This document shows, piece by piece, positions 59,795 to 64,000 of a stretch of DNA of 64,000 bases (positions are counted from its first letter, which is position 1; each line of letters starts with the position of its first letter). The notes below the pieces were generated by a model, which saw only the letters and a list, made by a program, of their open reading frames with translations, was not told where the DNA came from and ran no database searches. The DNA lies in NCBI GenBank assembly GCA_963704885.1, contig CAVPIB010000004.1:32001-96000 (forward strand), written 5' to 3'. The position numbers were made by a program, and so were the translations under genes. The DNA is from an uncultured Actinomycetes bacterium (GTDB lineage Bacteria; Actinomycetota; UBA4738; HRBIN12).

Positions 59795-60040
59795 ATGAAG
59801 CGCATCGGGTTCCTGCTCGCCACGGCAAGTGTCTTCGTGCTGTGCGTGGCCGCACCCGCTCTCGCTGGCGATGGTTCCTCCGTGCCGAACAGGCCGGGCG
59901 GTCCCGGGGTCAGCGGGTCGGGCGGCACCGCCTTCACGGGCGCGAACGTGTCGACGAGCATGATGTACCTGGTCGCGTTCGTGGTGGTCGGTGCGTTGGC
60001 CGTGTACTTCGGCCGGCGCCGCACGCTCGCCGCGCGCTAG
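59795..60040 (+). CDS. tiny secreted protein with sortase-type C-terminal signal
   Basis: signal peptide (MKR...APALA), G/P linker, TAFTG, TM, RRR tail. Confidence 0.7.
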   Translation: MKRIGFLLATASVFVLCVAAPALAGDGSSVPNRPGGPGVSGSGGTAFTGANVSTSMMYLVAFVVVGALAVYFGRRRTLAAR

Positions 60041-60054
60041 ACGCGATCACCCAC

Positions 60055-60083
60055 GAACAGGCTCCTCACGGGGCCTGTTCTTT
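60055..60083 (+). terminator. intrinsic terminator
   Basis: GAACAGGCTCC-TCAC-GGGGCCTGTTC-TTT. Confidence 0.7.
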
Positions 60084-60119
60084 CATGTCCGACGTCGCGG
60101 AGCATCACTGCCGATCGCT

Positions 60120-62098
60120 TCACGTGACCTTGTCGATCAGTGAACGCCACAGACGCACCGGGAGCGACGGAGCGAACGTCGTCCGCAGGTCGAGGTTCCC
60201 CGCAGGCATCCCGTCGAACACGAGCGATCTGCCCTGGCGGGACAAGCCGTCGCTCCATGACGTGAATCCGCATCCCCTCAGGGGCCTGGATCACGATGCG
60301 AACGCGCGCCGGGCGGATAGTGGATTGCCCCACGAACGTGAGCCGGTATGCACCACCCGTGTTCGAGCCGACCCATGCGTCCGTGAGCAGGAGGTCGACC
60401 TCGATGGTCGCCGTGTCGCCCGACGGCGTTCTCACGTAGTCCTCGAAGTAGGGGAACCCGTCGGTCGAGTACCTCTCCAGCTCCACCGGCTCGCCGTTGC
60501 GCGTCCCGTCCCGCAGGATGCATCCTCTGTCGCAGTAGAGATCGACGACGGCGACGTTCTCACCCGGCTTGGTGGAGTAGGTCTTGTACGGTCCGATCAC
60601 GTACGGCGGGTAGCCTGAGGTCGGCGAGTCGTTCCTGCAGATCGGTGCGCAGGCTCGCCGTCGCGGTTCCTCCGGGACCGAGGTGCACCTCGTAGGTGAC
60701 CGTTCGCTCCTGGTAGAAGTCGAGCTTGGTTCCGGAGGCACTGTTGGTGATCACCGAGACGACGTCGGTTCCCTGGGGATCGAACGCGCCCCCAGCCGCA
60801 GTGAGCTCAAGTCCGGACTGCATGTCGGGTTCGGCGCTCCACACCTTCACGTGTCCGTCGTCGAACGCGCGTAGCATCGCCCTCTCGCGCCGGAGGTCGT
60901 CTCCCTCATCCGACAGGAACGCGTCGAGGACGGCCTGGGCCACCCGTCCCAGCACCAGCTTGCGCTGCTCGTTGGTGTCGAAGAGCGCGTAGGCCTCGTT
61001 CGTGACGAAGCGGACAACGGTGCGGTCCGTCAACTCGATCTCGGTCCCCCTGACCGTGACAGGGCCCGTCACCCGCATCAGCGCCTGAAGGGCGAACGGA
61101 TCGGCCACGATGACCCCGTCTAGCTCCTCGCCGGTCGCCCCGGCATAGGAGAGCCAGAGCGCTTCGGCCGCCAGGGGGAAGTCCGGCGTCATGTTGGCGT
61201 TCACCCAGAAGCCCACGCCGGTCCGGTAGTAGTCGAAGTTGGTCGAGTACTCGGGAGACGGGGACACGTGCCGATCCAGGTCGAGGATGGGTAGCGATTG
61301 GATCGGCCGAAACTCCGACAGATCTAGACGGCCATCGTCGACCGTGAGGATGGCGTAGGCGCCGATCAGCCCTCCCGTGCCTCGCAGCTCCGCGGGGTTC
61401 GAGGCACCGAAGAGGTAGTGCTTCGGCTCATCCGCCCCGAGGAAGGAAGGCAGCTCCCGCAGGATGGTCGCTCCCGCCAGCAGCTGTCGATGCGTTCGCT
61501 CCAACTCCCTCAGCGCCTCATCGCGGGCCGAGGCGACGGGCGGAAGCACCAATGAAGTCGGGGCTGCACGCAGCGTCTCGAGTGCATCTGCAGCGAGGAT
61601 CTCGGCCTGAGTGACGGCCTTCGCCAGGCCTGCCAGCCGCTCCAGGGGTATCCCGTCGGTCGCGGGGGCCAAGGCGCCCAGGCCTCCCGGAAGGTCGTTC
61701 ACGGCATCATCCAAGAGGGAGGCCGCCTTCGAGGTCGTCTCTCCCGCCTCAGCGATCGCGCGGACGGCGTCGGCGGTGTTGCCCAGCCACGGGACGGCTC
61801 CTGCGAGGCCGATCAGCGATGAGTCCGCGGCTCCGGAGAAAGCGCCCTCAGCGACATCGAACGCCTGCGCGGCCTCTTGGGAGCGACCGGCGACGAGCGC
61901 CGACTTCCCTCGCTCCAGCGCGTCGCGTCCGCGCTGGAGCTCCGACCGGATACCCGGTGCGGCGACCGCAAGGGCCGCGAGGAGCACGACCAACGCGGTC
62001 CCAAGGGCTGCCAGCCCGAGCATGACCCATCGACGCCATCGATGGGGGCGAGGCGGCGTCCGTTCGGTCGCTCCGGAGGGCTCAGGGGGTGTCTGCAT
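60120..62098 (-). CDS. DUF4012-like membrane-anchored protein, frameshifts near 60635 and 60270
   Basis: N-terminal TM; NPAELRGTGGLIG, NANMTPDFP, DGVI..DP, TKLDFY; C-terminus recovered in other frames. Confidence 0.75.
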
Positions 62099-62192
62099 GG
62101 TCGGGTGGCGCCCCGACACTTCGCGGGGACGCGTTCCACCGTAACAGGGAGGAAGACCCATCCGGCGCAGGGGCGCTGTACCCTCTGGCGTC

Positions 62193-63014
62193 ATGAAGGT
62201 GGCCTATCAGGGCGAGCCCGGCGCCTACAGTGAACGGGCGGTTCAGACGCTCTTCCCCGACGGCGAGCCGATGCCCTGTGCCACCGTTCGCCTGGTGTTC
62301 TCGCGAGTGACGAGCGGCGAGACGGCCTTCGGCGTGGTTCCGCTCGAGAATTCCCAAGCCGGCTCGGTGAACGAGACCTACGACCTGCTGCTCAACACGA
62401 ACCTGCTCCGCATCGTGGGGGAGACGCTCGTCCGTGTGGACCACGCGTTGCTCGGGCGGCCGGGAGCCCGGCTGGAGGGGATCCGTCGCGCCCACTCGCA
62501 CTGGCAGGCGCTCGCGCAATGCGAGGAGTTCTTGGCGTCGATGCGGATCGAGCCGATCCCCGTCCATGACACCGCGGGCGCGGCCCGGATGATAGCGGCG
62601 TCGGGCGGCGACGAAGACGGGGCGATCGCCAGCGTCGAAGCGGGAGCGCGATCCGGTCTCTCCGTGCTGGCCGAGCGGATCCAGACCGAGAAGGAGAACT
62701 TCACCAAGTTCGCTGTCATCGGCACCGGGGACCCGGATCTAGGACCTCACGATAAGACCTCGCTGGTCATGGCCGTACTGGACGAGCCGGGCTCGCTGTT
62801 GGGGGCCCTGGAGCCGTTCGCCGCCCGCGGGATCAACCTGCACAAGATCGAATCGCGCCCGCGGCGCGGGAAGCCGTTCGAGTACGTGATGTACGTGGAC
62901 GTGATGGTGGCGGGCGACGCCCCGGCGCTCGCGGAGGCGCTGGACGAGGTCGCCACCCATACGTCCATGATCCGTGTCCTGGGCTCGTACCGGGCCGCCG
63001 CCGACCCCGCCTGA
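62193..63014 (+). CDS. pheA: prephenate dehydratase
   Basis: AYQGEPGAYSE, PLENS, SH.QALAQC, NFTKF, ACT domain with IESRP. Confidence 0.93.
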   Translation: MKVAYQGEPGAYSERAVQTLFPDGEPMPCATVRLVFSRVTSGETAFGVVPLENSQAGSVNETYDLLLNTNLLRIVGETLVRVDHALLGRPGARLEGIRRAHSHWQALAQCEEFLASMRIEPIPVHDTAGAARMIAASGGDEDGAIASVEAGARSGLSVLAERIQTEKENFTKFAVIGTGDPDLGPHDKTSLVMAVLDEPGSLLGALEPFAARGINLHKIESRPRRGKPFEYVMYVDVMVAGDAPALAEALDEVATHTSMIRVLGSYRAAADPA

Positions 63015-63018
63015 GTCC

Positions 63019-64000
63019 ATGACCGGACGAGCCGGCCGGCACGCGGTTCGCTCCAAGGTCCCGTTCCCGATGCTGCTCCTGGCCTTAGCGCTCGTGGCGG
63101 GTGGGATCACGCTGTGGCAGGTGCTCCGCAGCGATGACCGGGATCGGGCCGGTGCGCCGGTATCCACGACCTCGGGACCCACGAGCGCGGCGTCGTCCGT
63201 GGCCTCCTCCGCGGCCCCGTCGGCCCCGCCTACGGACCCCGTGGCCACGCCCGGCCCGATCAACACTTCGTTCCGCGGGATCACGACGTTCCGAGGTAAC
63301 GCCACCCGCACGTACTACGGCGAGGGACCCGTCCCCATGGACCCGGTGATCCGGTGGCAGTCCCCGGAGGGCGGCGGCTTGTGCTCGACCTCCTCAGACC
63401 AGTTCGGATCGAGGCTCTGGTGCGGGACCGGGTGGACGGGCCAGCCCAACGTCATCGTGCATGACGACGGCACGATCGAGATCCGTGAGGGCGCATACGA
63501 CGGCAACTACCACTTCCTCAACGGCCGGACGGGGCGTGCGATCCGTCCCGAGCTGGTGACCGGGGATCTGGCGAAGGGGTCCGCCACGTCGGATCCCGAG
63601 GGGTACCCGCTCTTCTACGCCGGCTCTCGGGACGACCTGTTCCGGATCATCGCGCTCGACCGCCCCTCGCCGACCGTCCTGTGGTCCATCGACAGCGGGT
63701 CCACAGTCTCGAGGCCTCTATGGAACAGCGACTGGGATGGGGCCGCGCTCGTCATCGGCGACTACCTGCTGGAGGGAGGCGAGAACAGCTGGCTCTACGT
63801 GGTGAAGCTGAACAGGAGCTACGACGACGAGGGGAAGGTCCAGGTCGACCCGAAGATCGTGGCGACGATCCCGGGTTTCGACGATCAGTTGCTCTCGGAC
63901 CTGGGCGACCAGGAGGTATCCATCGAGAACTCGGTCGCGTTCCGCGACGGGGTCGTGTACTTCGCCAACTCGGGTGGGTTGGTCCAGGGTTGGGACATAT
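63019..64000 (+). CDS. membrane-anchored PQQ-like beta-propeller protein (3'-partial)
   Basis: ATG 63019, TM, S/T/P linker, TFRGNATR, GTGWTGQP; open to window end. Confidence 0.7.
   Translation, partial: MTGRAGRHAVRSKVPFPMLLLALALVAGGITLWQVLRSDDRDRAGAPVSTTSGPTSAASSVASSAAPSAPPTDPVATPGPINTSFRGITTFRGNATRTYYGEGPVPMDPVIRWQSPEGGGLCSTSSDQFGSRLWCGTGWTGQPNVIVHDDGTIEIREGAYDGNYHFLNGRTGRAIRPELVTGDLAKGSATSDPEGYPLFYAGSRDDLFRIIALDRPSPTVLWSIDSGSTVSRPLWNSDWDGAALVIGDYLLEGGENSWLYVVKLNRSYDDEGKVQVDPKIVATIPGFDDQLLSDLGDQEVSIENSVAFRDGVVYFANSGGLVQGWDI

Overview
High-GC chromosomal window from an actinobacterium (inferred from WhiB, a PknL-like PASTA kinase, an Rv2191-like DnaQ/GIY-YIG nuclease and the GT4-SRPBCC-ArsA-ROK block). 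I see no rRNA, tRNA, CRISPR array or mobile element. Several genes carry single-base frameshifts that look like read or assembly indels. Notable content: (1) a ~1570-aa SARP-Ser/Thr kinase-class III cyclase-TM-beta-propeller-SBP5 receptor, divergent from a secreted HExxH peptidase, with 11-bp-phased direct repeats and a CRP-type box between them; (2) a folate/C1 island with two GcvT-like enzymes, formiminotransferase/cyclodeaminase, Fhs and a split selenocysteine formate dehydrogenase with SECIS; (3) an arginine-synthetase-like ATPase next to carbamate kinase; (4) a TPP riboswitch over thiE and a PurM/ThiL-family gene; (5) UDP-sulfoquinovose synthase with a membrane GT2; (6) three orphan NarL-type regulators and a Tad/Flp pilus locus with repeated sigma28/WhiG-like promoters. 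Many genes appear leaderless. All calls come from reading motifs by eye; no database searches were run.
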